DNA of 64,000 nt from the NCBI GenBank assembly GCA_010093605.1, contig MU004187.1, forward strand, positions 496,001 to 560,000, in the 5' to 3' direction. Origin of the DNA: Lophium mytilinum. Taxonomy: Eukaryota. The notes below the pieces were generated by a model, which worked only from the letters and a program-made list of their open reading frames with translations, had not been told where the DNA came from and ran no database searches. Both the position numbers and the translations under genes were made by a program. This document shows, one piece after another, positions 10,287-22,871 of the stretch (positions are counted from its first letter, which is position 1; every line of letters begins with the position of its first letter).

Positions 10287-12801
10287 TTATAGGTCATCAT
10301 CAACGTCAATGGCGTCGGGGTTGGAGGCCACGACAGGTTGCACAGCCTGCGCGCCGTTGATTTTGCTGACTTCGGGGCCTGTGCTGGCAGCAACGAAACC
10401 TTGTGGAGCACGGGCTTGTCGTTCAAGTGCTGCCATGGCGTCGAGTTTGTCTGTGTCGTCGCCATTGTTGTCGGCGTCGGCTGGTAGTTGACTCCGGGCG
10501 AGGGCTTGCGAGGCGATGAAATTGACATCGGTACTGTGGAACGTTAGTATGATGAGCGTATGTCGAATGATAAGACGGGACTACGTACTTGTACTGCGCT
10601 TGCACACTTCTCTTGACTCGCAGCATCTCCTTGAATGTGTCTTCGTTGCCGTGTTTGACCTCGAAGCTCTCCCACTTTTGCCAGAATACCGGATTCGTCC
10701 TCGGGTCGCAGAATTGGCTGGCATGTCCGTAGATGGCTCTCGCACGGTCGATCTCGCCCAGTCTCCTCTCCATCTCCGCGAATTTGAGACACATTTCCTT
10801 CGCCTCGTTGTCTGGCAGCGCCGCAATGGCACGTTCGTAAATAGGTCGAGTTGACGTCAGTCCGAAATTTGAAGCAGACTTGGTGATATAGAAGTTGAAC
10901 ATGTCCATGCGATCTTCATCTGAGACAGCACGAGTCGCCCGTTCGTAGATTCGCATGGCGTGTCTGGCTAATCCGCGCTCTTCTTCCAAAGCGCCGTACA
11001 TCAGGTACAGCACTTTCGCAAACTTGGGAGGACATCCCTCCACGGCTTGTTCGAAGAGATCACGAAGACGCTCGATACCGATTTTCCGATCGACCGCCTT
11101 TGTAAGGTAGAGATTCCACAGCTCGAACGCAACAGGGTAGCTGAACAGGTCCAGACCGCGTTCATAAACCTTGAAAGAGTCCTCATAGTACTGGTTCTCT
11201 TCGAGCAGATTGGCGTAGTTGACGACCGTCTGCGGCGTGGCGATGCGTAGCTCAAAAATGCGCTCATAGACCTTCTTCGTTTCTTCGAGAGTGCTGACAC
11301 TTTCCACTAGATCAACATAGAAACTCCACAACTTCCAGCTCTTGTGAACGCGCTGTTGTGGCAGTAGCTCTTCGTCGAAGTAGTCCACGTTTGACCTCTT
11401 TGGGGCTTGGGTCGCTTTGGCCATAATTTCAACTGCGCGATCGAAATTTTCGTTTCTGAGTTCCATCTCCGCCCACTCGCACCACATGTCGGCAAGTTCA
11501 GCCACCGACTTGTATGGGACTTTGACGGCCTTCTCCATGATGACACGAGCGTTCCGGATATCACCTCCATTCTCGTAAAACTTGGCGTAGTTGGCCCAAA
11601 GCTCGTGGAACTTGCCTACAGCTTTCTTAGGCTTGATTGCTGCGATCGCGTCGGTGTATGTCTGCACCACCTCTTTCTTGTTGTCGCCCCACAGAGCAAC
11701 GCGCTTTTCCCATTCGTTAACGTTGCTCTGGTTTTGACGGAGAAGAACATCGTTGACGAGGAAAGGCCGACGGTCCATCAGCTGCTCGAATCGCATGAGT
11801 CGGATATCGAGGTCATCGTCTGCGTCCTCGTTGATTTTGCCCTTGTCGGAACGCGCGGCCGCTTCTTCCATTTTGATGCCGATAAGGCCCTCTTCGGCTT
11901 CGGCGTATGTGTCAAAGACGATGGAGAAATCTCGCACCGTCATAACGGTGGTGACGCCCTCCTCGAACACGTCCCTGGCTCTTTCATATTCGCCCTTGTT
12001 GATCCAGTACCGCGCGAGTCCGACCCAAAGTATTCCTCGTTGGTCCGAGAAACGCGCGATGCCACTCCTGATGATCTTTTCCACGTCTATGCCGCTATCG
12101 TCGCCGGTATCGATTTCCTTGGCGTGGTCGATAACCAGTTCGAGCATCTCGGTCCAGAATTGGAAAGGTCCCTTGGCTTCCTTGCTCTTGAAACGCGGAT
12201 TGTTGAGTATCTCCATGTACTTCTTGACGGCTTCGGTGTATTGTCGCATGTCCTTCAGCAGCTCGATGAATTCTTCCATGTGCTCCGGGTGTATCTGCAT
12301 GTAGCGCCGCCATATCCGTACGGCCGTCTCTCCGGAGGCAGAGTTCGCGAACGGTCGGTATAACGCCCATATCCGGTTGTGCTGAGTGAGTGGAAGCGCA
12401 CGGAGGGCGCGGTCGAAGGTCCTCCGCGTGGTGGTAACAAGTGGTTGTTGCATCAGGAACGACAGATACATCTCCCAGATCTTGGGCATCTTGTTCAAGA
12501 GCACCAATGCGCGTTCAAACAAGGCGTTGACCTTGACATAATGCGGCGCAAACTTGGCGGGGTTCTTGCGCTCGAGGTGCCTGGTCCGGAGTTCGAGGTA
12601 CATCTTCCACAGTTTGTAGGATCGCGGGAGAGTCGCACAAGCGCGCTCGAGAACGAAGGCCTGCTCGAGCAGACTGCTGTGCTGGCGTTTGTAGGCGACG
12701 TAGGCGAGCCATGGCTTGATGCTGCCCGGACTGCGGATGATGTCCTGCTCGTAGATCTGGTCGTTGTCCGAGATGAGGTACAGGTCGGGTTTCGCGGCCA
12801 T
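10287..12801 (-). CDS. SYF1: Pre-mRNA splicing factor SYF1 (HAT-repeat NTC component)
   Basis: LPRSYKLWKMYL, MDRRPFLVNDVLLRQN, HGNEDTFKEMLRVKRSVQAQYN. Intron 10534-10588 gives the C-terminus ending NPDAIDVDDDL. Confidence 0.97.
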
Positions 12802-13524
12802 GATCGCGGACGTCTTGCGTTTGTTTGATCGCGGGAGGCTGGCGGTCACCACAGTGCGCAGGAGCTCACCAGGCATGATCCGGGAGAGTCGTTCAGGGCC
12901 TGCACTGCGGCAAGACCAGCGAGGGCGTTGGTGATGAAGGAGAGGATGCAGTCGGCGGTGAGGTGCAGTTGGGGTGGGCGCTGCGTTTTCTGAGGTGTCG
13001 GAGAGCCGTGCGGCGTTGATTGGTGAGACGCGGGCGCTGCGCTTCGAGTTGCGGGACTTTGTAAACTGCCAGGATTATGCACTCGTAGCAGGCAGTGTAG
13101 CTGGCATTGTGTATTTTAGTACACTCTTATCTATGTAACACTGTCTAATAAGAGCGCACGCCGTAGGTATGCTGTCTAAACATGTATAGGTACACTAGAT
13201 GGGCACTGTTCACCCTGCTTCAACACGTTTTAGAAATTCATGTACGAAGAAGTAGATAGTCAGAAGACTTGCGGGCCACCTGACATGCTGTTACCTAGGC
13301 AATCCTACGGAGATATGCGTGTCGTTGTGAATGTCAAAACTCGGCCTTTTACCAGCCCCCGTGCGGGTCGGTGGGAGCATGGGCCGACAGTGCACCTCCA
13401 ACACCGTCACCCAGAGCTAGCTACCTATCAATAGCAATCCCTACCTCGACCCAGCCTCCTTCGTCCCCCTCCTCCTACACCCAGCGCTTGCCCTGTTGAG
13501 TGCTTCCGAGCGCCTATTCGAACA

Positions 13525-14531
13525 ATGTCAGGCAGCGGGGTATGTAGCCCCCAAACTGCGAGAAGCTGCACGCAAGAGCTGATAGAGGGGTGCAGGCGCG
13601 CGAAGCTGTCTTCCCCACGCGGCAATCGCTGGGGTTGATGAAGAGCAAGCTGAAGGGCGCGCAGACGGGCCACGACCTGCTGAAGCGGAAGAGCGAGGCA
13701 TTGACAAAGTACGCCTCCATGTGTCTGCAATGTTTCGGAGCTAGCTAACTCCATGCGTAGGCGCTTTCGAGGTCGGCCGACATTTCCCCCCAGATACTGA
13801 CGCCGCATGCTGAAACAAGTCTGCAGAAATCACGCGCCGCATCGATGAGGCGAAGCGCAAGATGGGCCGGGTCATGTCCATTGCTGCCTTCTCGTTGGCC
13901 GAAGTGACCTACGCCGTGGGTGGAGACATTGGGTACCAGATACAGGAGTCCGCGAAGTCGGCCAAGTTCCGGGTGCGGACGAAGCAGGAGAACGTCTCGG
14001 GTGTATTCTTGCCCCAATTCGAAAGCTTCGCCGTCGAGGGCAGTAATGACTTTGGCCTGACGGGCCTGGGAAAGGGTGGACAGCAGGTTCAGAGGTGTAG
14101 GGAGACATATGCACGAGCAGTAGAGACACTGGTGGAGCTGGCCAGTCTGCAGACTGCATTCGTCATCCTGGACGAGGTCATCAAGGTGGTGAATCGAAGA
14201 GTGAACGCCATGTTAGTATCATCCCACAACCAATTCAGTACACAGCTAATTTTGCTTTTTTAGTGAGCACGTTATCATTCCACGAACAGAAAACACAATC
14301 AAGTACATCAACTCGGAGCTCGACGAGCTGGACAGAGAGGAGTTCTACAGGCTCAAGAAGGTTTCGGGCAAGAAGCAGCGAGACCAAGCAGCGGGAGAGA
14401 AGGAGAGAGCGGTTGCTCTGGCCGCAGCAGAGGGCAAGGAGAATGTCGACGCCCCAAGCAAAGCTGCCAATGATGCTGCCGATTCGGAAGACCTCCTAGG
14501 GGACAAAGACAACGAGGATGTAATCTTTTAG
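13525..14531 (+). CDS. VMA8: V-type proton ATPase V1 subunit D
   Basis: REAVFPTRQSLGLMKSKLKGAQTGHDLLKRKSEAL, GLTGLGKGGQQV, NRRVNAIEHVIIPRTENT, ELDELDREEFYRLKKV. Four introns, including an 11-nt micro-exon at 13761-13771. Confidence 0.97.
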
Positions 14532-14730
14532 CTCTCTCTTAGCTGTCCATGGAATATTGGTAGGCGTTCCTCGGACCTTGTAATCACCAGAATACCAATA
14601 TGTAACATGTTTCATTTCGAAGTCTGCAATGCCGCTATGCGCCTCTGTGAGGCAGGATATCTCATGTTACTCTGAGGATAATGCCGTCCCATTTTCGTAA
14701 GCCATAACGCCCAGGATGACACCGTACCGT

Positions 14731-15637
14731 CTAGGCCTTTGCATACGTGACCGCAATCGGCTTGCCCTCGTCTCCGACCGGCATATTGGCAGTCCTCTCC
14801 TTCGCCGTGATTGCATGCGCCTCGCTCTCGAAATAAACGAAACCCAGGTTCCTTCCAGCCACGTAGGTCGCGGACTTGAATCCCTCGAACCCCTCGAAGA
14901 TGGCTTCGAATTGAATCCCGTCGAATTCGTCTGGCAGATTTCGAACAAGAAGATCCTTGTTCGGAGGCAAGTACTCGTCTGGAATACCGCCAGCTGGCTT
15001 CGCGGGACCGCGAGCTGGCTTCTGGCCTGGCTCTGCGCTGCCCGCTGGACGTGTCTTTTGCGCCTCAGCGGCTTCTTGGGCTTGCTTGAGGTCTAAACAG
15101 CCATCTGTCAGCATGATCCCAGCAGAATTGCAGTAATGGAGCGCGAAGATCCGCGTACGCACCTCTCTCAGCTACCCTCCTGCGTTTGTGCGCCTCGAAG
15201 TCCTCCTCCGTGGCTATCCTCTTTATGGTAGCATCGCTTCTCGACCTGGCCAGCTCCAGATGCATTGCCTTGTCGAATAGCTCGAAGCCTTGCACAACTT
15301 CAATCGCCTGCGCCGCTGCATCTGGATCCTCATACACGATGAATGCCTGTCCTTTGCGCTTCAAGCTCGATTTCGCAACAATCTCGACGATGGTGCCGAA
15401 TTCGCTGAAAATCTCCTCGAGCGCTTCTTTGAGCGGCTCAATCTTTATGCGCTCTTCGAGGTTTCGGATCTGGGAATTTGGTCAGAGGGGGCTCGGTGGG
15501 ATGTGGGATGGTGAACGTACGTAGACTCTGTGGCCTGGTTAGCAGCGTTGCGGAGATTCATGGAGGTTCGGAAGCTTCAGAGGGGTTACGAACGTAGATA
15601 TTGGCGGATCGCCGCCTGGTTGCTGTACCGCGGACAT
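14731..15637 (-). CDS. U1A/U2B''-family snRNP protein with two RRMs
   Basis: TVYIRNLEERIK..KRKGQAFIVY (RRM1) and LPPNKDLLVRNLP..GFVYFES (RRM2). Introns 15528-15593, 15470-15520, 15093-15162. Confidence 0.92.
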
Positions 15638-16435
15638 GGTTGTGGAGCTTTGAGGGGAGCTTCAAGGCGAGGCTTCAAGTTGAGGTCGAGGGCTTAGCGC
15701 TACGGAATAAATGTCCCCCGCGTAAATTATGCTACACGCTAGACCAGACTGGGTATCTCGTGTGAATGTTTCACATATCCATGAAATGCTTCTACGTGTC
15801 GATCTTACAGAAGTCGCTCCACCAAAATGGTGTGCTTGCTGGCGATATTTTGACGTGTTCTGGAATCTATATTGACTGATTCAATAAATCTACTATCTGG
15901 TAATCTTGCTAGAGCACCTAATACAAGGGTACATTATCAAGCAACCTTCAACAGAGCGACCAAAACTCGGTGAGCACAAGCCTCGTTCCAAAAGCAATAC
16001 TTCGGCATCCAATAGCGTCTCTCTCTATGCAGACGAACTGCAGGTAAAGCCTCTAGATGTGCTGGTAAGCCTAAAGTAGGCCACTGCAGCCGATCTCGGC
16101 AGGAGTCACCAACGACGTGATAAAGAAAAGGCCCACAGGCCGGTTGGTGATCTCCCCACCACCCCACGAACTGCACCCTCTAGAGACGCCGCCCACTCAG
16201 CTCGTATCTGTTTTTCTAGTTGTTCGTCTCTGTCGCTCTCATCGTTTTGTTCTTGTGTCTTTCTGAGCATCCTTGAGTCGTCGAGTTGACGATCGAATCA
16301 TCGTCATCACACAGGGAACTAACGCGAGACGGTCTTTGTTATGGGCATTACAAACCGTGTTCAATGTTGAGAGTTGTATTGCGTTAGGAAGAACTAGGGG
16401 ACATCACTATCACCATCAAAATCACAGGCTTTATC

Positions 16436-18060
16436 ATGTCTCTCTCACCAACTTCATCCGTCGGCTCTTCATCCTCATCCTCATGGAGAAAACTCAAGCA
16501 ACTACATTTTCCTCTCAACCATGAGCCCAATAAGCCTCCAATTGGGCTCAAGTGGCGGTCCAATACCGCCTTTATTGTCACGACGGTCGGCGTTGGCATG
16601 TTTACCGACATGTTCCTCTACGGCCTAATTGTGCCAGTACTGCCATTTATGCTCGAAGACCGTGTACACACATCACCCGCCCAAATCCAGAGTATAGTTT
16701 CAGCTATGCTGGCAGCATACGCTGCTGCCGCTATGGTAGCATCTCCATTTGCAGGCGTACTTGCGGACAAAATGTCTTCATCTCGGCAATTGCCCTTCTT
16801 GTGCGGATTGGCTACTCTCGCTCTCGCCACCGTCCTCCTCGCGGTTGGCCAAACCATCCCGGTGCTCGCTATTGCTCGATGTCTTCAAGGAGCCAGTAGC
16901 GGTATCGTATGGACCGTTGGATTAGCGCTTCTAGTGGAAACTGTTGGGCCAAAGAAATTAGGCCAGAGCATTGGAACTGTATGTCCGACCCCCCATTTGC
17001 GAAGAACATCTGGCTTATCATCCTATTAAATTAGATCTTCAGTGCTGTATCTGCTGCTGCTCTTCTTTCACCCCCCTTAGGAGGCATTCTCTACGCCAAA
17101 ACCGGATATGCCGGCGTGTTCGGTGTAGGCATCGCTATCCTCATCGTCGATTTTATAATGAGATTGCTAGTAGTCGAAAAGAAAGTGGCGGAGAGATACT
17201 ACTCTACGCCATCATCGCCTTTCACAACCCCAGAAGATGACGAGGATAGCGACTCATCGCCGACTGAAACCTCGCCACTCCTGGGATCCCCTACCGAGCA
17301 ACAAGACGAGGACTTCGACCCATCCTACATCCTCCCTATTCCATCCAATCCATTAACCCGAGCCTTTCCCATCCTCTTCTGTCTCCAATCCCCAGCTCTC
17401 CTTACCGCATTCTTCATTGGCCTCGTCCAAGCTATTCTCCTAGGCGCCTTCGACGCCACTGTCCCACTCGTCGCCTCTACCCGCTACGACTTCGATTCGC
17501 TAAATGCCGGGCTACTCATTTTCGCTCTCGCCGCTCCAGAGCTTGTTCTCGGCCCTATTTTCGGCTGGGCCGTAGACCGCTACGGCACAAAGCCGACCGC
17601 TGTGCTCGGGTTTGCGTATCTAGTCCCCCTCCTCACTCTTCTGCGCCTACCGAGCGATCTCGACGGCCAGACCGGGATCGGAATGAACGGGCAAATTGCG
17701 CTTTATGCCTCTCTTCTTGCACTCAACGGAGTAGGACTGGCGCTTATCAACAGCCCGTCCGTTGTAGAAGCAGGCACGGTCATTGAGAAGTACTGGAAAG
17801 CCAACCCGCATGCATTTGGCGAGAGCGGGCCGTATGCGCAGCTTTATGGGATGAATAGTATGATTTGGAGTGGTGGCTTGACTTTGGGACCGCTGATGGC
17901 AGGTGCCCTGAAAGAGAGGGTGGGTTATGGGGACATGAATGCCGTTCTAGCCGCCATTTGCGCAGTCGCGGCAGGGCTGTCTCTGGTGTATATTGGAGGA
18001 AGTCTGAAGGATGTGTTCAGAAGGAGGAAGGATTTGGCTCGAGCAAACGGAGAGGTGTAA
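16436..18060 (+). CDS. MFS transporter (DHA1/vesicular amine transporter-like)
   Basis: WRSNTAFIVTTVGVGMFTDMFLYGLIVPVLPF, ARCLQGASSGIVWTVGLAL, GPYAQLYGMNS. Intron 16979-17034. Confidence 0.92.
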
Positions 18061-20389
18061 AAGTGATTACAAGCAGGGCGCTCTTGGATTTGAGCCGCGC
18101 ATTGCTTTTATATTGCATTTCTAAAGAGTTACAAAAACCCCCCTCTTGACTGTAGAACAGGGCTAGATAGGCATTCGCTACTCATAGACACGAAGCATGA
18201 ATGCTAATGAACCATTTCGCCACTCTTCGATGTTGTGTCTTTCTAATTTGCCTTCCGAACTCCCTTTACTCACAATACCGTGTACTCAGCCATCGCGTAA
18301 AACTTCCCCCTACTAGATAATTGCTTGAGATCTGCATATCTAGAGGAGTCATACCTGATCGACGACCCTGAATCAGACTCGCGCCGTGTCGCCATATGCC
18401 CCTGTCCTTTCTTTCTGCTTCGCCGACGTCTGCCTAAATCACCCCCCTGCCTGCCTGCCACACCACAGCGAGCACAAAGCCCACCTCCATTTCTGAGTTC
18501 ACGCGATACTACATACATAAACAGTAATATTCCACGGCATCATAGGAAAGTTGCGAAATCACTCAATCAGATTCTGACTGGATTAAGACCATCCCTTGGG
18601 ATCCTTTCCTTTTGCTCACAGGTTGAATTGAAGGGTCCCGGGATGCTAGGGCTTGCGGTTCGAGATGGATGCCTGTTGGGTGGCGGCGTCTTTTTGCTCT
18701 TTTTGCTTTCACACGGGAAAAGCTGTGTGCATGTATATCTGGTAGTTGGAAGGGGAGATGGTTATTGGCTTGGGACGTTGCGGAGTCCGCAGACCTCACT
18801 ACCTGTATTCTCAATATCACTAAAAGAAATACTCCACGAAGAACACGGAATATTAAATATGCCATAATTCGTTTGCTTCCTGGAGTTTGCTCTCCTTTTC
18901 ATAGGTCATTTACCAAACTATTCGCACCCAACTCCCAGGAAAGCCGCTGCTTCAACCAATCATCCAACGAACGTTACACGCAGCATAAGGCCAGCTTAGC
19001 TCAGTGGTGTCAAAGCCGCGAAGGGGTCAGGACAGCTCGCCGCCGTCTGCCCGCATGGGTGGACTCTTTCCTTTTTGCCGGTTTTGGGGGGCGGATGCGC
19101 GCATGTTTGTGACCGCTGTTTGCGAGGGAGGGGATGGGGGTTCGATATCGGAGGAGGGTCAAAGAGTGCTTCTTTCTACGAAGGGGGGTTTAAGAGCCCG
19201 CTGTGAGCTTCTTATGAATGCAGAAATGTAGTTAGGTACAGAACCCGAAATATAAGTGTGTGCTCGTTGAAGGAGTGAGGCTGCAGGAATGCGCCAACGC
19301 CATAGTGCTCACGACCCCTTCCAGGTCTCAGACCGAGCCGCCTACATGTACCAAATAATTCCTCGGTTTTCTCAGGAAAGTGGCCAATGAATCCAAGCTA
19401 AATCGCTCGTCGATATAACTTACCCATGCTGTTCTTCGGAACTCTTTCCTTTTGCTAGTGGTAGATTTGGTGGGTTCTTTTTGCGCCAGCTCCAGGCAAC
19501 CACCCGACATCGCGCACACCGCTTGTCTTGGCTCTTAGGGGAAGGGCGGTGGTTCGAACACTGCTTGCTGTGACTTTCGTTCATTTTTTTGACATTTGGA
19601 GAGAGACAGAGGACACGACGTCTGCGTAGAGACCGGGAGGTTGTTGGATCGCTAACGCCGCTATACCTCTTCAGGGGGATCTCTTGTCACATGAATATCA
19701 AATGCAAGGAACGACTTAAGGCGTGTAAAGTCTTGACAATGAACATATACTTATATGCTGCTTTGCTATTTCGTGTGTGTTAATCCCGGACATTGAGGCT
19801 TGATAGTTACTAACTTGCGAATTGTAAAATCCGACGAACGTGTCAGGCACACTCTTCTTTGTAAAGACCTTTATAGAACGGTAAGACCTGTATCTCTCGT
19901 ACTATCCCTCTCAAAAAACGTGATATCACGTGCCGTCCTCCGCTCCCCTTACAAACAAACAGAGCCCCCGATGAACATATGACCGAACACATGATCCTAC
20001 GCCCTGCTCGAGTATAAAACCTCAACCCCCCACCCGCTCTTTCTTCTGCAAGGACTTTCAAGGACGAGGAAAAACGTCCGCTACATCGACTCGATGGAGG
20101 GCATTGGGGGATCGCTCGTCAAAATTGCAAGAAAGAACTCACTATGGAGAGTGTTCAGATCCGGTGTGCACATTATCTTATGGTGCTGGGCGTGCGGTGG
20201 AGCAACAGACAATGAAGCCACAGACAATGGAGTGTAGAGGTCTCGGTGCACTTTCCCCCACGCATGATGCTGATCATCAACGACCCCAATGATATCTATC
20301 AACCCTCCGCTTACCAGAGAAAATCAACACAAGAAAGCCACAACGCCCACCTTCACTGAACCTTAGCGATGTATAGCGCACCCATCAGA

Positions 20390-21991
20390 TCAAGGTCCCA
20401 TTCCAAACCTTCCAGCATTTCCTAACGGGTGGCGAAGCTTATGGAAAACCATGTCAGCGACTCGACGTCCCAGCCGACAACTCATCTCCATAGAGCTCGA
20501 CACCTCATCTACTAATCCTGCCTAGAACAACCCATCTGCAATCTCGACACTGTCCAGCTGCGGGTCTCTCGTGCGCTGAGGAGAAGCAAGCGGCCAGACT
20601 TGACGATCGAACCATTTGACTCCCGATGATCGTGGTGAGGTTCCCGGCTGGCCTCCCAGCATCTGCGCGACCATTGAGTCCGGAATGAGGCCCGATGATG
20701 TGATTCTGTAAAGGTTCATTTCCTGTACTATGTCGCCTACGAAATCGCCGAATTGGTAATAACGTTCGATACTGAAAACATCAATTTTAGGGTGTATCCG
20801 GGATTCCGAGGTTGTATAAATCGTTTCTGGTATTTCGTCCGAGGTAGTAAGATGGAAGAAGCTGGGTACAAGCCTCGTCTCTTGGTGGGTAATGAAATGC
20901 GTGACGTGTCTCTCCACGAAAGGAGGGAGAGAGGGGTCAAGCAGCGACGTCGGGAAGCCGATCGTTATGTTGGATCCTTGCAGATGGGTTGCAATGACTA
21001 GGGCGTCATAGTTATGGTGTTCTTGCGCGCTTGAGACTCCCGGGGTATCATTTTCAGATACTACGACCGTGTATTTCCCATTGCTCGACCTGGTGATCTC
21101 ATTGACCCGTGTACTCACCTGTGTTCGTGCTTCTGAAAGATGATTAAGACGGGATACAAGTTCTAGGTTCCTTCTTGGGTGGCTGTCTAGTCGGTACCTA
21201 CTTGCGGAATCCATTGCCACGAGAGCAGATATTGCATTCATCTCGCTCAAATCATGCCCAAATAGAGCCCTAACAGTAGGCTGCACAATGTCGTGTATCA
21301 TCTCCATAGGCAGTCCTTGGTCGATGAAATAGTCGTACGCGGGCTTCTTGCTTTCTTCGTCTAGTCCAAGCCGCTGAATGGCATTTGGAAGGTTTGGATT
21401 CACACCATTGTTGTCTGCGTATAATTGATTAAACAGTAGAAGCTTGTCTTGGAGTAGCTTCTGTAGTTTCCGAGCCGACAGTCCATACTTTAGAACATCG
21501 CGGGCATTGTCCGCCAGAGTCCTTGACTTTAGGTCTCGATCCCGATGTATAACGACTGTTTGACCGTCCCAGACACCGGCCGTGGTTTTACTGTATGGCA
21601 CATTCTTGACGACCTTTCGTCGTAGTCCGGCATCATCAACAATAGCCTGCAAGCATCAGTCGTCGGCGGAGAATGTGCTTGCACCTGTATCGGCAAAGCC
21701 AGAGTATTGATCAGAACCGCGATTGATAATAGTCGAATTGATGCGACCGCCGATATCAGGAGCCTCTTCGTAGATAGTGATGTCCAGAGGTAAGATGGGA
21801 CCGAAGTCATCATGCAATCGGTAGGCCAACGATGCCGCCGCAATACCGCCTCCAATAATAGCGAGCCTTTTGCGGCCGTCATGTCCAGCCTGATCTTCAG
21901 GGTTGCGAAAGTTCAAAGGTCTCTGTGTTTCTTCCTCGGCAATCACCATCGAGGCGATGAACGCACAAGTAAACGCGGGAGAGAGTAGCAT
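20390..21991 (-). pseudogene. Prenylcysteine oxidase/lyase-like flavoprotein with two in-frame stop codons
   Basis: Signal peptide, Rossmann motif LAIIGGGIAAAS..ITIYEE..IGGR, TGASTF, C-terminal SSMEMSCRLGRRVA. One frame over 534 codons, interrupted by TGA (21656-21658) and TAG (20522-20524). Confidence 0.8.
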
Positions 21992-22871
21992 GATGATGGG
22001 CGAATCTCAGTGAAGGTGGAGGAAGGGCTTCTGTGCCTGGAAGAGCAGCGGCGTGCTCTTGCAAAGGTCCAACTGCCAGCTCAGCCACCCTTGCCCATGT
22101 CGACACTGCCTGAGGGAAGTCGGTGGCATTGCTGGATATTGGTTGTTGTCCTGACTTGAAACACGAAGACACCTCGCCGCAATATAAATGGGCGCACAGA
22201 CGCTAGATTATCTGCTCCGCAGGGCTGTGCTTTTGGCCGATTCCCTATTGTAGAACGACTTGGCTACTGGAAAATTGTAGATTAGAGCAAGTTCGAAGAA
22301 GTTGAAGAGCGCCAATTTTGTTCAAGTTCATAGTCACAGTACAAGCTCAATACGCGCAAGGCATGCGATTTCAGTGTTCATATATCTACCCAATCTATAT
22401 ACTTCCTCCATCGATATCAAACGTCGCTACATATGCTTCAACATCTTACGTACCATCCTCACTATGCAATCTAGAAACACCAGTCCAGCCCCCCTAAACC
22501 GACAAATCACAGGGGTATTTTCGTTTCAGGAGTCTTCGCCGGTCGCGATGCTTCGACTCCGAATGCTTCTCCCCAGAAACCCAAACGCCGGCATGGTCCA
22601 TGCATGTCTTGATACGAAAATCAGAAGATGTGCCGCCCCACAAAAGAAAGACGCCTGGCACCATCGCTATGCAAATGAAAAGAATATGAAAGAAAGCTAA
22701 TCAAAAATACGCCCTGATGAGGGATGTAACGACTATGCATGGAACAGGAGAAGAAGAGGAGTAGCAATAATGCGCAAAACCAAAGTAGGATAGGAATGAG
22801 TGTCAAGGGGAGCCCCATTCTCCGCAAGCCATAGCATGATATATACACCAATGGGACGGGGCGAGCCAGGT

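Noticed and set aside
11407..12363. 318-aa antisense ORF in SYF1 (and similar ORFs in ATG2)
   Set aside because: Antisense shadow of a conserved gene with no recognisable motifs.
18990..19080. tRNA gene
   Set aside because: Only the first 19 nt look like tRNA; there is no D-stem closure, anticodon arm, properly spaced TTCGA T-loop or complementary acceptor stem.
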